Shown: piece by piece, positions 18,245 to 27,662 of the stretch
Layout: every line of letters starts with the position of its first letter
Position numbering within the stretch: position 1 is the stretch's first letter
From: Candidatus Limnocylindrales bacterium
GTDB lineage: Bacteria; Chloroflexota; Limnocylindria; Limnocylindrales; CSP1-4
Assembly (NCBI GenBank): GCA_038250545.1
Contig: JBBSCF010000008.1
Span: 23,519-87,518, forward strand
Reading direction: 5' to 3'
Length of the DNA stretch: 64,000 nucleotides
Notes under the pieces: model-generated
What the model was told of the DNA's origin: nothing
Databases searched by the model: none
The model's input: the letters and a program-made list of their open reading frames with translations, nothing else
Translations under genes and position numbers: made by a program

Positions 18245-20344
18245 ATGGTCGAAGCGAACCCGCGCCAGCGGCCCACCAACCGGCTCGCCGGCGAGACGAG
18301 CCCGTACCTGCTCCAGCACGCCCACAACCCCGTGGACTGGTACCCGTGGGGGCCCGAGGCCCTGGGCCGTGCCGTGGAGCTGGACCGGCCCGTCTTCCTC
18401 TCCATCGGCTATGCCGCCTGTCACTGGTGCCACGTGATGGAGCGCGAGTCGTTCGAGGACCCCGCGACGGCGGCCTTCCTCAACGAGCACTTCGTCGCGG
18501 TCAAGGTGGACCGCGAGGAGCGCCCGGACCTCGACGCGCTGTACATGGGGGCGGTGCAGGCGATCACGGGCCAGGGCGGCTGGCCGATGAGCGTCTTCCT
18601 GACGCCCGAGGGGCGACCGTTCTTCGGCGGGACCTACTACCCGGACACGCCGCGCCACGGCATGCCGTCGTTCCGACAGGTCCTGGACGGGGTGCGCGCT
18701 GCGTGGTTCGAGCAGCGCACCGAGATCGAAGAGGCAGGCGGGCGGCTGGTGCAGGCGCTCGCGGAGCAGCAGCGCGCGGGATCCGCCGCGGCCGGGTTGC
18801 CCCCTGCGTCGGTCCTCGGCGAGGCCATGCGGGTCATCGACGAGGCCTTCGACCCGGTGAACGGTGGCTGGGGCGGGGCTCCCAAGTTTCCCCAGCCGAT
18901 GACGATCGAGGCGCTGCTCCGGCGCCACATCGCCAGCGGGGATGTGCGGCCGCTCGAGATCGCGCGCCGGAGCCTGGTCGCGATGGCGGCCGGCGGGGTG
19001 CGCGACCAGCTCGGCGGCGGGTTCCACCGCTACAGCACGGACGCGCACTGGCTGGTCCCGCACTTCGAGCAGATGCTCTACGACAACGCCCAGCTCTCGC
19101 GCGTGTACGTGCACGCGTGGGCACTCGTGGGCGATCCGGCCTACCTCGAGACCGCGACGGGCACGCTCGACTACCTGCTGCGCGAGCTCCGAACCGCCGA
19201 CGGCGGGTTCGCCGCGAGCCAGGACGCCGACACCGGGGGCGAGGAGGGCGCGACCTTCGTCTGGTCGGCCGCCGAGATCGGCGAGGTCCTGGGCCCGGAT
19301 TCCCCGCTGTTCGCCGCCGCGTACGGGGCGACCGACGGGGGCAACTGGGAGGGCAGCACGATCCTGTCGCGGATCCGCGACGACCGCGAGCTGGGCGAGC
19401 GGTTCGGGCTGGCGCCGGACGAGGTGGCGGCGCGCCTGCGCGACGCCCGGGCGCGGCTGCTGGAGCGCCGGTCGGCGCGGCCCCAGCCGGCCCGGGACGA
19501 GAAGGTGCTCGCGGCCTGGAACGGGCTCGCGATCGGGGCGTTCGCGGACGCTGCCCGGGCGCTCGCGGCCACCGGCGACCCGGGGCATGCGGGGCTCGCG
19601 ACCCGCTACCGCGCCGCCGCTGCCGACGCCGCGGGGGCGGTCCTCGGCGGGCTGCTTGGCCCGGACGGCCGTCTGCGCCGCTCGTGGAAGGACGGCCGGG
19701 CCACGGCCGCGGGCGTGCTCGAGGATCATGCGAACCTCGCGGAGGGCCTCCTCGCGCTGTACGAGGCCACCACGGACGAGCGGTGGTTCATGGCCGCGGT
19801 CTCGCTCGCCGACGCGATCCTCGCCCGCTTCTCGGACCCGGCCGGGGGCTTCTTCGATACCGCGGACGATGGCGAGGCGCTCGTCGTCCGGCCCAAGGGC
19901 ACGCAGGACAACGCGACGCCCTCGGGTGGCGCCACGGCGGCGATCATGCTGCTCCGCCTCGGCGCCCTGACCGCGGACCCGCGCTACGGGGCGGCCGCGG
20001 AGGGCGCCCTCGCCACCATGGGCCCGGACCTCGCGCGCTACCCCACGGCGTTCGCGCAGTGGCTCTGCGCCCTGGAGCTCGCCCACGCCGGGGCCACCGA
20101 GGTCGCGATCATCGGTGACCCGGCCGGCGAGGACACCCAGCGCCTCGTGAGCGTGGCCCATCGCGGCTACCACCCCTTCCGCGTCCTGGCCGTAGCCGCG
20201 TCATCCGCGGCGACGGCCGTGCCCCTGATCGCGGGGCGGTTTGCGCTCCATGGGCGCGCGACGGCGTTCGTCTGCCGTGACTTCGCCTGCCGCCAGCCGG
20301 TGCACGAGCCCGAGGCCCTGGACGCGCTGCTGGTGGGCTCGTGA
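18245..20344 (+). CDS. Thioredoxin-domain protein, YyaL/DUF255 (SPATA20-like) family
   Basis: [47 protein letters not shown] and [13 protein letters not shown], then an alpha-toroid C-terminal region. 699 aa. Confidence 0.92.
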   Translation: MVEANPRQRPTNRLAGETSPYLLQHAHNPVDWYPWGPEALGRAVELDRPVFLSIGYAACHWCHVMERESFEDPATAAFLNEHFVAVKVDREERPDLDALYMGAVQAITGQGGWPMSVFLTPEGRPFFGGTYYPDTPRHGMPSFRQVLDGVRAAWFEQRTEIEEAGGRLVQALAEQQRAGSAAAGLPPASVLGEAMRVIDEAFDPVNGGWGGAPKFPQPMTIEALLRRHIASGDVRPLEIARRSLVAMAAGGVRDQLGGGFHRYSTDAHWLVPHFEQMLYDNAQLSRVYVHAWALVGDPAYLETATGTLDYLLRELRTADGGFAASQDADTGGEEGATFVWSAAEIGEVLGPDSPLFAAAYGATDGGNWEGSTILSRIRDDRELGERFGLAPDEVAARLRDARARLLERRSARPQPARDEKVLAAWNGLAIGAFADAARALAATGDPGHAGLATRYRAAAADAAGAVLGGLLGPDGRLRRSWKDGRATAAGVLEDHANLAEGLLALYEATTDERWFMAAVSLADAILARFSDPAGGFFDTADDGEALVVRPKGTQDNATPSGGATAAIMLLRLGALTADPRYGAAAEGALATMGPDLARYPTAFAQWLCALELAHAGATEVAIIGDPAGEDTQRLVSVAHRGYHPFRVLAVAASSAATAVPLIAGRFALHGRATAFVCRDFACRQPVHEPEALDALLVGS

Positions 20345-20841
20345 CGGGACGTCTCGTGGTGCGGCAGGCCCGGGACGATGAGCTCGAGGCGGCGGGGGCC
20401 CTGGTCGCGGACGCGTACCTGACGCAGCCGGGCATGGACCCCGCCAGCCCCTATCTGACCTCCGTCCGTGACGCCCGGCGGCGGGCGGTCGATTGCCCGG
20501 TGCTGGTCGCGGCTGACGCGGACGGGACCCTGCTCGGGTGCGTGACCTACGTGCCGGACCGCGCCAATCCGTACGCGGAGCTCGAGGAGCCCGGTGAGGC
20601 GGGGTTCCGGATGCTCGGCGTCGTCGCGGACGCGCGCGGGCGTGGCGTGGGCGAGGCGCTGGTCACCGCGTGCGTGGAGCGGGCGCGCGCCGCCGGGCGT
20701 CGGGGCCTCGCGATCTCGACCAGCGCCGACTGGACGGCGGCTCGCCGGCTCTACGAGCGGCTGGGGTTCCGCCACGCCGCCGAGCGCGACTTCGAGCCCG
20801 TCCCCGGGATCCACCTGCTGGCGTACGTCCGCGACCTGTGA
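20341..20841 (+). CDS. GNAT family N-acetyltransferase
   Basis: GTG overlaps the yyaL stop (GTGA). Acetyl-CoA motif [10 protein letters not shown]. Confidence 0.85.
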   Translation: MTGRLVVRQARDDELEAAGALVADAYLTQPGMDPASPYLTSVRDARRRAVDCPVLVAADADGTLLGCVTYVPDRANPYAELEEPGEAGFRMLGVVADARGRGVGEALVTACVERARAAGRRGLAISTSADWTAARRLYERLGFRHAAERDFEPVPGIHLLAYVRDL

Positions 20842-20866
20842 CGTCGCGGCGGCTGCCGGCGCGTGA

Positions 20867-21052
20867 CTAGGAGGGCTTGGGGGCGTCCTCGTCGTCGTCC
20901 TTGCCGGCCACGTCCGACCGGATCTCGCCGATCTCCTTGCGGGCCTCCTTCACGCCCTGGCCGAACGCGCGGCCGAGCAGGGGAAGGGTCTTGGGCCCGC
21001 GCCACATGATCACCAGGACCAGGACGATGATGAGGACGACCAGGATGTCCAT
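20867..21052 (-). CDS. tatA: Twin-arginine translocase subunit TatA/E
   Basis: Internal ATG of track ORF 20867..21187. MDILVVLIIVLVLVIMWRGPKTLPLLGRAFGQGVKEARKEI is the TM plus amphipathic helix signature. 61 aa. Confidence 0.85.
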   Translation of the reverse strand: MDILVVLIIVLVLVIMWRGPKTLPLLGRAFGQGVKEARKEIGEIRSDVAGKDDDEDAPKPS

Positions 21053-21369
21053 GCGCCAGATGGTAGCAGCGCCCGCGCCGGGCGTCGCCACGGTGGGACA
21101 CGTCGGCTCTCGCGGCCGCCTCCGGCAGGGTCCCGAAAACGGGGGGCCGCTCGGTCCGGGACAGGCGGGGGGTCGACACCCTGCCATTGGTCCCTCGGCG
21201 TCATCGATCGTCGGGCGGACCGGCCCGCGCGCGGACCGGGCAGCGTCGGCGAGGATTCACCCAGACGAGGACCCCACCGGGACGGCCCCCTCGGACCGGT
21301 GAAGACCCTCAACACGTCGATCGCGCGGAGCTCTCCTCCCCCTCCGCCGCGCGACCGAACGGGCAGACG

Positions 21370-21399
21370 GAACGGCGAACCCCAACGGGTTCGCCGTTC
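21370..21399. terminator. Perfect 13-bp hairpin GAACGGCGAACCC-CAAC-GGGTTCGCCGTTC
   Basis: Lies 50 nt beyond the stop of minus-strand gene 21449..22138. On the + strand it is followed by TGCTGTTCG. Confidence 0.5.
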
Positions 21400-21448
21400 T
21401 GCTGTTCGAGGCCCGTCACCACGCCACGCGGCGGGACGGGCCAGCGGA

Positions 21449-22138
21449 TCAGGACGCCGCCGGCGCGGGCGACCCACCGGCAACCAGGAGTCGCCAGGCT
21501 GCCACCGTGGTCCGGCCCCCACCGAGGTCGAGGTCGGCGGTGAGGAGGTAGTCACCGGCCGGGAGGCCCGCGACCGCCCACCGGTTCTGGGAGGCGAAGG
21601 ACGGATCCCCACGAGGGTTGGCCTGGTGCGCCAGCTCGATGACGCGGCCCGGTACGACGGGCTCCGCCCAGACCCTCCAGGCGAGCGCGCAGTCCTCCGC
21701 GCCGAGGATCAGGAGCACAGCGGCGCCGGCCGGGACCCGCACCTCGGGCACCGCGGCGGTTCCCGGGGATGCTCCCGGGGCGACGGGGCCTCCCTCGACG
21801 ATCAGGAACACCCGGAGCGGCATCACCGGCGGGCGCTCGTTGCAGGGCACCGCCGGGATCACCGCGCGCGTCGGCCGGGGCGAAGGGCTCGATCCGGGCG
21901 TCCCGGGCGAGCCCGGCGGCGCGCCGGAGGGTGCGATCACCGCCGCCGCCGTCGGTGGAGCGGGCGCCTCGTCCGCGCTCCGCCCGGCGACCCCCAGGCC
22001 CACGACGACGATCGCCAGCGCGACCACCACCACGGCCATGATCCGGCCCCGCCCCAGCCTGCGCGCCGGCGCCACCGGCACCGGGGCGAACGCGGCGCCG
22101 GGCGCCTCGCGCTCCGCGGGCGAACGCCGATCATCCAT
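21449..22138 (-). CDS. Hypothetical single-pass membrane protein with extracytoplasmic beta-rich domain
   Basis: TM segment IMAVVVVALAIVVVGLGVA, Pro-rich linker, then a non-repetitive C-terminal domain. Divergent from lhr. Confidence 0.6.
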   Translation of the reverse strand: MDDRRSPAEREAPGAAFAPVPVAPARRLGRGRIMAVVVVALAIVVVGLGVAGRSADEAPAPPTAAAVIAPSGAPPGSPGTPGSSPSPRPTRAVIPAVPCNERPPVMPLRVFLIVEGGPVAPGASPGTAAVPEVRVPAGAAVLLILGAEDCALAWRVWAEPVVPGRVIELAHQANPRGDPSFASQNRWAVAGLPAGDYLLTADLDLGGGRTTVAAWRLLVAGGSPAPAAS

Positions 22139-22197
22139 GTCCAGTCACGTCCGCAGGACCTCCGCGCGCATGATCGCATCCGCGCCCGCCCGCGGGA

Positions 22198-22213
22198 TCG
22201 AACATCTGTACGA
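22198..22213. promoter_or_regulatory. LexA (SOS) box candidate TCGAACATCTGTACGA
   Basis: 11 of 12 match to the actinobacterial consensus TCGAAC-N4-GTTCGA. Located 15 nt upstream of the TATACT -10 box. Confidence 0.6.
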
Positions 22214-22228
22214 AATCAAACGGACGGC

Positions 22229-22234
22229 CTATAC
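22229..22234 (+). promoter_or_regulatory. -10 box TATACT upstream of lhr
   Basis: TAnnnT hexamer 10 nt upstream of GTG 22245, implying a very short or absent leader. Confidence 0.45.
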
Positions 22235-22244
22235 TCGGCGTCCC

Positions 22245-25200
22245 GTGGCCGCGCGCAGCAAGGATCCGCTCGCACCCTTCGGGCCCGCCGTCCGGGCCTG
22301 GTTCGAAGCGACGTTCGAGACTCCCACGCCGGCCCAGGCGCTGGGCTGGGTGGCCATCGCCGCAGGGCGCAGCACGCTGATCCACGCCCCCACCGGCAGT
22401 GGCAAGACCCTCGCCGCGTTCCTGTGGTGCCTGGACCGCCTGGTGGAGGACCCGCGCCCGGCGCCCACCCGGGCGGACCCCGGCAGCGTCCGCGTCCTGT
22501 ACATCAGCCCGCTCAAGGCGCTCACCTACGACGTGGAGCGCAACCTGCGCGCCCCGCTCGCGGGCATCGCGCTCGCGGCGCAGCGCCTGGGCACGGAGCC
22601 GCCGCACATCACCATCGGCAGCCGCACCGGCGACACGCCCGCGGCGGATCGCCGGGACCTCGTCCGCCATCCACCGGACATCCTCGTCACGACGCCCGAG
22701 AGCCTGTACCTCCTGCTGACCAGCCAGGCCCGCGAGATCCTGACCGGCGTGGAGCAGGTCATCGTGGACGAGGTCCACGCGGTCGCCGGGACCAAGCGCG
22801 GCGCCCACCTCGCCCTGAGCCTCGAGCGTCTCGAGCGCCTTCGCCCGGCGGACGCCCGGCCGCTCCAGCGCATCGGCCTCAGCGCCACGCAGCGCCCCCT
22901 CGAGACCATCGCCCGGTTCCTCGGCGGGGCGGGGGAGGGCCGCGAGGTCGCCATCGTGGACGCGGGGGCCCGCAAGCCGCTGGACCTGCGGGTCATCGTC
23001 CCGGTGGAGGACATGGCCAGGCTGGGCGAGGTCCTCCCGCTCGACGAGCAGCCGGGCGGCCCGGTCCTGGGCGGCGAGGTGAAGACCAGCATCTGGCCCG
23101 CGATCCACCCCCGGATCCTGGAGCTCATCCGGGCGCACCACTCCACCATCGTGTTCACGAACAGCCGCCGCCTCGCGGAGCGCCTGGCCCAGCGTCTCAA
23201 CGAGCTGGCGGGCGAGGAGCTGGTCCGCGCCCACCACGGCAGCATCGCGCGCGAGCAGCGCCTGGAGATCGAGGAGGAGCTCAAGGCCGGCCGTCTCCCC
23301 GCCCTGGTCGCCACGAGCTCACTCGAGCTGGGCATCGACATGGGCGCCGTGGACCTCGTCATCCAGGTCGAGAGCCCGACCTCGGTCGCCCGCGGGCTCC
23401 AGCGCATCGGCCGGGCCGGCCACCAGGTGGGCGAGCCCAGCAAGGGCGTCATCTTCCCCAAGTACCGCGGCGACCTGCTGGAGACCGCGGTGGTCGTGCG
23501 CGGGATGCGCGAGGGCCGCGTCGAGCCCACCGTCATGCCGCGTAATCCGCTCGACGTTCTCGCCCAGCAGCTGGTCGCGATGACCATCGAGCAACGCTTC
23601 ACCGTGGACGAGCTGCTCGCGATGGTGGTCCGCGCGGCGCCCTTCGAGACCCTGACCCGCGAGGTCCTCGAGGGCGTGCTGGGCATGCTCGCGGGCGCCT
23701 ACCCCTCGGACGAGTTCGCCGAGCTCAAGCCGCGGATCACGTGGGACCGGATCACGGACGTGATCGAGGGGCGCCGCGACGCCCGCACCGTCGCCGTGAC
23801 GAGCGGTGGCACGATCCCGGACCGCGGCCTCTACCCGGTCTTCCTCCAGGGCGAGGCAGGAACCCCGGGCCGCCGTGTCGGCGAGCTGGACGAGGAGATG
23901 GTCTACGAGCTGCGGGCCGGCATGCACGGCGACGTGGTGGTGCTGGGCGCCAGCTCCTGGCGGGTCGCCGAGATCACGCCCAACCGCGTCACCGTCACGC
24001 CCGCCCCCGGCGTCCCGGGCAAGCTCCCGTTCTGGCACGGCGACGCCGTCGGGCGGCCCGTGGAGCTCGGCAAGGCCATCGGCGAGTTCATGCGCGGCAT
24101 GGAGGCGGATCTCGCGAGGGGCCCGAAGGGCCGCGCGAAGGCCGCGGTCCGGCTCCACGAGGAGCACGACCTGGACGACCTCGCGGCCGAGAACCTGCTC
24201 GCCTACCTCGAGGACGAGCGCGAGGCCACGGGCGCGCTCCCCACCGACCGGCGGATCGTGATCGAGCGGTTCCGGGACGAGCTGGGCGACTGGCGGCTCG
24301 TCATCCTCACCCCGTTCGGCGGCCGGGTCCACGCGCCGTGGACGCTCGCGCTCGAGGCACGCCTCCAGGAGCGCCTCGGCCTCGAGGTCCAGACCATCTA
24401 CTCGGACGACGGCATCGCCATCCGGCTGCCGGAGGGCGACGCGACCCTCGAGGGCGTCGAGGAGCTGCTGTTCCCCGACCCCGACGAGGTGGAGGACCTG
24501 GTCGTCGGCCGGGTGGGGCAATCGAGCCTGTTCGCCAGCCGGTTCCGCGAGAACGCGGCCCGCGCGCTGCTCCTCCCGCGGCGCCGGCCCGGGACCCGCA
24601 CGCCGCTCTGGCAGCAGCGCCAGCGGGCCGCGGACCTGCTCTCGGTGGCGAGCCGCTACGGGAGCTTCCCGATCCTCGTGGAGACCTACCGCGAATGCCT
24701 GGCCGACGTCTTCGACCTGCCGGCGCTGCGCGAGCTCCTGGGCGGGGTCCAGCGGCGCGAGCTCACGGTCCACAGCGTCGAGACGGCGCGCGCGTCGGCG
24801 TTCGCGAGCAGCCTGCTGTTCGACTACGTCGCCGCCTACATGTACGAGGGCGATGCCCCGATGGCCGAGCGCCGGGCCCAGGCGCTCACCCTGGACCGGG
24901 ACCTGTTGCGGGAGCTCCTGGGCCAGGAGGAGCTGCGCGAACTGTTGGACCCGGCGGCGCTGGCGGACCTCGAGCTCAGCCTCCAGGCCCTCGCGGACGA
25001 CCGGCAGGCGAAGACCGCGGACCAGGTCCACGACCTGTTGCGACGGCTCGGCGACCTCACGCCCGACGAGGTGGGGGCGCGGACCGTTGGCGGGCGGGTG
25101 GAGGCGTCGCTGTTCCTCGCCGAGCTCGCGTCCACGCGGCGCGCGGTCCGGGCGCGGATCGCCGGCGAGGAGCGCTGGATCGCGATGGAGGACGTCGCCC

Positions 25201-26861
25201 GGTTCCGGGACGGCGTGGGGGTCAGCGCGCCGCCGGGGGTCCCGGGGGCATTCCTCGCGCCGGTCGCGGGCGCGCTCGACGGGCTGCTCGCCCGGTACGC
25301 GCGGACGCACGGGCCGTTCCTGGCCGCGGACCCGGCGCGCCGCTGGGGCCTCCCGGCGGGCGTCGTGGGCGATGCGCTGCACCGGCTCGTGGAGGCCGGG
25401 ACGCTGCTCGCCGGGGAGTTCCGGCCGGGCGGTGCCGAGCGCGAGCTGTGCGACCCCGAGGTGCTGCGGCTCCTGCGCCGCCGATCGCTCGCCACGCTCC
25501 GCCGCGAGGTGGAGCCCGTCGATCCCGTGACCCTGGCACGGTTCCTGCCCGCCTGGCAGGGCGTCGCCCCGTCCCCGTCCGCCACGGGGAGTGCCGGCTC
25601 ACCGTTCCGCGGCTCCGCCGCCCTGGAGCGCCTCGCCGAGGTCGTGGACCAGCTCGCCGGCCTGCCGATCCCCGCGTCCGTGCTGGAGCGGGACGTGCTC
25701 CCGGCGCGGATCCCGGGTTACCAGCCGCGCCTCCTCGACGAGCTGGGCGCCATGGGCGAGGTGGCCTGGGTGGGGCGGGGGAGCCTGGGCCGCGACGACG
25801 GCCGGGTCGTGCTCCTGCGCCCGGGCCGGGAGCTGCTGCGGCCGGTGGGCCCGCCCGACGGCGTGGAGCGGCCGGGCGGCGACATCCACGAGCGGCTCCG
25901 CGCGCACCTGCGCCGGCGCGGGGCGTGCTTCTACCGCGAGCTGTTCAGCGCGTCGGGGGCGCGGACGGACCGCGAGGCCCTGGACGCGCTGTGGGACCTC
26001 GTCTGGGCCGGCGAGGTCACCAACGACACCTTCGCCCCGCTCCGGGCGCTGCGCTGGAAGCGCCCGGCCAAGGACCACCGGCCGCGCGCCGGCCGCCTGA
26101 CCGCGCTGGGACCGCCGGAGGCCGCGGGCCGCTGGTCGCTCGTGGCGGACGACGAGGTCGAGGGCCCCTCCCGCACGGAGCGCGTCCACGCGCAGGCGCT
26201 GGCCCTCCTCGAGCGCCACGGCGTCCTGACCCGCGAGGCGGTCGCGGGAGAGGCCGTGGACGGCGGGTTCTCCGCGGTCTATCCGGTCCTGCGCCTGCTG
26301 GAGGAGGGCGGGCGGATCCGGCGCGGCTACTTCGTGGACGGGCTGGGCGCCGCGCAGTTCGCGCTCCCCGGCGCCGTGGACCGGCTCCGGGCGCTGCGGG
26401 ACCAGCCGGGCGAGGTGGCGGGGGACCATGGCCGGGTCGTGCACCTCCTCGCGGCGGCCGATCCCGCGAACCCCTACGGCGCCGCGCTCGCGTGGCCGCG
26501 CCGCGACGAGGGGGACCGGCGCCCGTTGCAGCGCGCGGCCGGCGCGTACGTGGCGATGGTCGACGGGGCCGCCGTGCTCTACGTGGACCGCGGCGGGACC
26601 TCGCTCCAGGTGCTCCCCGCGGGCGACGACCCCGAGGCGCTGGCGTATGCCCTCCGCTCGCTGACCGACCTCGTGCAGGACGGACGCGTGCGCGAGCTCG
26701 TCATCGGCAAGGTGGACGGCGAGCCGGTCGCGGCGTCGCGCTTCGGGGACGCGCTGCTCGCGGCGGGGTTCGTGACCGGGTACCGCGGCTACGCGCTGCG
26801 GTCCATCACCTCGGTCGAGCGGACCTACCCGCGTCCGGCGCCCGTGCGCCCGATCCGCTGA
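22245..26861 (+). CDS. lhr: ATP-dependent DNA helicase Lhr (large helicase-related, superfamily 2)
   Basis: Inside track ORF 21618..26861. PFGPAVRAWFEATFETPTPAQ, motif I HAPTGSGKT, motif II DEVH, HHGSIAREQR, then a ~700-aa Lhr-type C-terminal region; ~1538 aa. The start could instead be ATG 22170. Upstream codons overlap the divergent gene and are junk. Confidence 0.9.
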   Translation: MAARSKDPLAPFGPAVRAWFEATFETPTPAQALGWVAIAAGRSTLIHAPTGSGKTLAAFLWCLDRLVEDPRPAPTRADPGSVRVLYISPLKALTYDVERNLRAPLAGIALAAQRLGTEPPHITIGSRTGDTPAADRRDLVRHPPDILVTTPESLYLLLTSQAREILTGVEQVIVDEVHAVAGTKRGAHLALSLERLERLRPADARPLQRIGLSATQRPLETIARFLGGAGEGREVAIVDAGARKPLDLRVIVPVEDMARLGEVLPLDEQPGGPVLGGEVKTSIWPAIHPRILELIRAHHSTIVFTNSRRLAERLAQRLNELAGEELVRAHHGSIAREQRLEIEEELKAGRLPALVATSSLELGIDMGAVDLVIQVESPTSVARGLQRIGRAGHQVGEPSKGVIFPKYRGDLLETAVVVRGMREGRVEPTVMPRNPLDVLAQQLVAMTIEQRFTVDELLAMVVRAAPFETLTREVLEGVLGMLAGAYPSDEFAELKPRITWDRITDVIEGRRDARTVAVTSGGTIPDRGLYPVFLQGEAGTPGRRVGELDEEMVYELRAGMHGDVVVLGASSWRVAEITPNRVTVTPAPGVPGKLPFWHGDAVGRPVELGKAIGEFMRGMEADLARGPKGRAKAAVRLHEEHDLDDLAAENLLAYLEDEREATGALPTDRRIVIERFRDELGDWRLVILTPFGGRVHAPWTLALEARLQERLGLEVQTIYSDDGIAIRLPEGDATLEGVEELLFPDPDEVEDLVVGRVGQSSLFASRFRENAARALLLPRRRPGTRTPLWQQRQRAADLLSVASRYGSFPILVETYRECLADVFDLPALRELLGGVQRRELTVHSVETARASAFASSLLFDYVAAYMYEGDAPMAERRAQALTLDRDLLRELLGQEELRELLDPAALADLELSLQALADDRQAKTADQVHDLLRRLGDLTPDEVGARTVGGRVEASLFLAELASTRRAVRARIAGEERWIAMEDVARFRDGVGVSAPPGVPGAFLAPVAGALDGLLARYARTHGPFLAADPARRWGLPAGVVGDALHRLVEAGTLLAGEFRPGGAERELCDPEVLRLLRRRSLATLRREVEPVDPVTLARFLPAWQGVAPSPSATGSAGSPFRGSAALERLAEVVDQLAGLPIPASVLERDVLPARIPGYQPRLLDELGAMGEVAWVGRGSLGRDDGRVVLLRPGRELLRPVGPPDGVERPGGDIHERLRAHLRRRGACFYRELFSASGARTDREALDALWDLVWAGEVTNDTFAPLRALRWKRPAKDHRPRAGRLTALGPPEAAGRWSLVADDEVEGPSRTERVHAQALALLERHGVLTREAVAGEAVDGGFSAVYPVLRLLEEGGRIRRGYFVDGLGAAQFALPGAVDRLRALRDQPGEVAGDHGRVVHLLAAADPANPYGAALAWPRRDEGDRRPLQRAAGAYVAMVDGAAVLYVDRGGTSLQVLPAGDDPEALAYALRSLTDLVQDGRVRELVIGKVDGEPVAASRFGDALLAAGFVTGYRGYALRSITSVERTYPRPAPVRPIR

Positions 26862-26892
26862 GGCACGTAAGCGGCCGGTGAGCGCGCGCTCG

Positions 26893-26898
26893 TATAAT
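26893..26898 (+). promoter_or_regulatory. Consensus -10 box TATAAT 6 nt upstream of the antitoxin ATG (leaderless mRNA)
   Basis: CGTATAATGGCTACATG. No room for an RBS. Confidence 0.6.
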
Positions 26899-26904
26899 GG
26901 CTAC

Positions 26905-27252
26905 ATGAGCGAGATGAAAAGCGCCACAACAAGGACCCGAGGAGCCGCGGCCCGGACCGAGGCTCCCGCCGGTGCCGCACGGTTGGTCGGGGTCCGCGAG
27001 TTGCGCGACCACCTGTCGGAGTATCTCCAGCAGGTACGAGCGGGAACGCCCTTGACCGTGACCGAGCATGGACGGCCGATCGCGACGATCGTGCCGCGGG
27101 GCTTCTCCTTGGAGCTGCTCGACCTCGCGGCGCGCGGGATCGTTACCCTGCCGGGCCTGCCGAAGGGGGACCCGTCGAGCTGGCCGCGTGTACCAGTCGA
27201 CGGCGGCACCGACGACCTCGTGGACTGGGCCAAGGGTGAACAGCTACCTTGA
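26905..27252 (+). CDS. Type II antitoxin, Phd/YefM (prevent-host-death) family
   Basis: VGVRELRDHLSEYLQQVRAGTPLTVTEHGRPIATIVP is the Phd/YefM core. Its 3' end overlaps the PIN gene by 17 nt. Confidence 0.8.
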   Translation: MSEMKSATTRTRGAAARTEAPAGAARLVGVRELRDHLSEYLQQVRAGTPLTVTEHGRPIATIVPRGFSLELLDLAARGIVTLPGLPKGDPSSWPRVPVDGGTDDLVDWAKGEQLP

Positions 27253-27661
27253 CACCTCGGCGCTCGTGAAGCTCGTCCTCGACGAGCCGGGCAGCGCCGT
27301 CGTCGAGCGACTCTGGCGGGCATCTGACCACGTGACCGCGTCATGCATCGGCCATGTCGAGCTCGGGGCGGCCGTCGCCGCCGCCTGCCGGGCCGGCGGC
27401 GTGCCGGCCATCGCCGCGGCCGTGGCCCGCCGGAGCGCCGACACGGTCTGGCAGCAGGTCGCCGCCGTGGACCTCGACCGCGAGACGCTCGCCGTGGCTG
27501 TCGAGCTCACGTCCAGGCGCGGCCTGAGCGCCGCCGACGCGATCCACCTGGCCGCAGCCCTGCGAGCACGAATCGGGGAGACGGTGTTCGTGAGCTTCGA
27601 CCGGCGGCTCCGCGAGGCCGCTGCGGCGGAGGGTTTCCGGGTGCTACCCGAGGTGGCCTGA
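27236..27661 (+). CDS. vapC: Type II toxin VapC (PIN-domain ribonuclease)
   Basis: GTG start. VNSYLDTSALVKLVLDEPGS, SAADAIHLAAAL and FVSFDRRL supply the PIN acidic residues. 141 aa. Confidence 0.85.
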   Translation: MNSYLDTSALVKLVLDEPGSAVVERLWRASDHVTASCIGHVELGAAVAAACRAGGVPAIAAAVARRSADTVWQQVAAVDLDRETLAVAVELTSRRGLSAADAIHLAAALRARIGETVFVSFDRRLREAAAAEGFRVLPEVA

Positions 27662-27662
27662 C

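Noticed and set aside
21400-21415. GTTCGAGG string, checked as a possible tRNA T-loop. All intergenic gaps over 100 nt were also scanned by eye for tRNA, SRP or tmRNA signatures.
   Set aside because: The flanking bases cannot form a T-arm or acceptor stem. No cloverleaf-compatible sequence was found anywhere in the window.
26862-27662. Whether the vapBC cassette, or any other part of the window, is part of a mobile element or genomic island.
   Set aside because: There is no integrase, transposase, tRNA target, or flanking direct or inverted repeats. The composition looks the same as the surroundings by eye. Only the synteny argument (lhr-nei normally adjacent) suggests an insertion.
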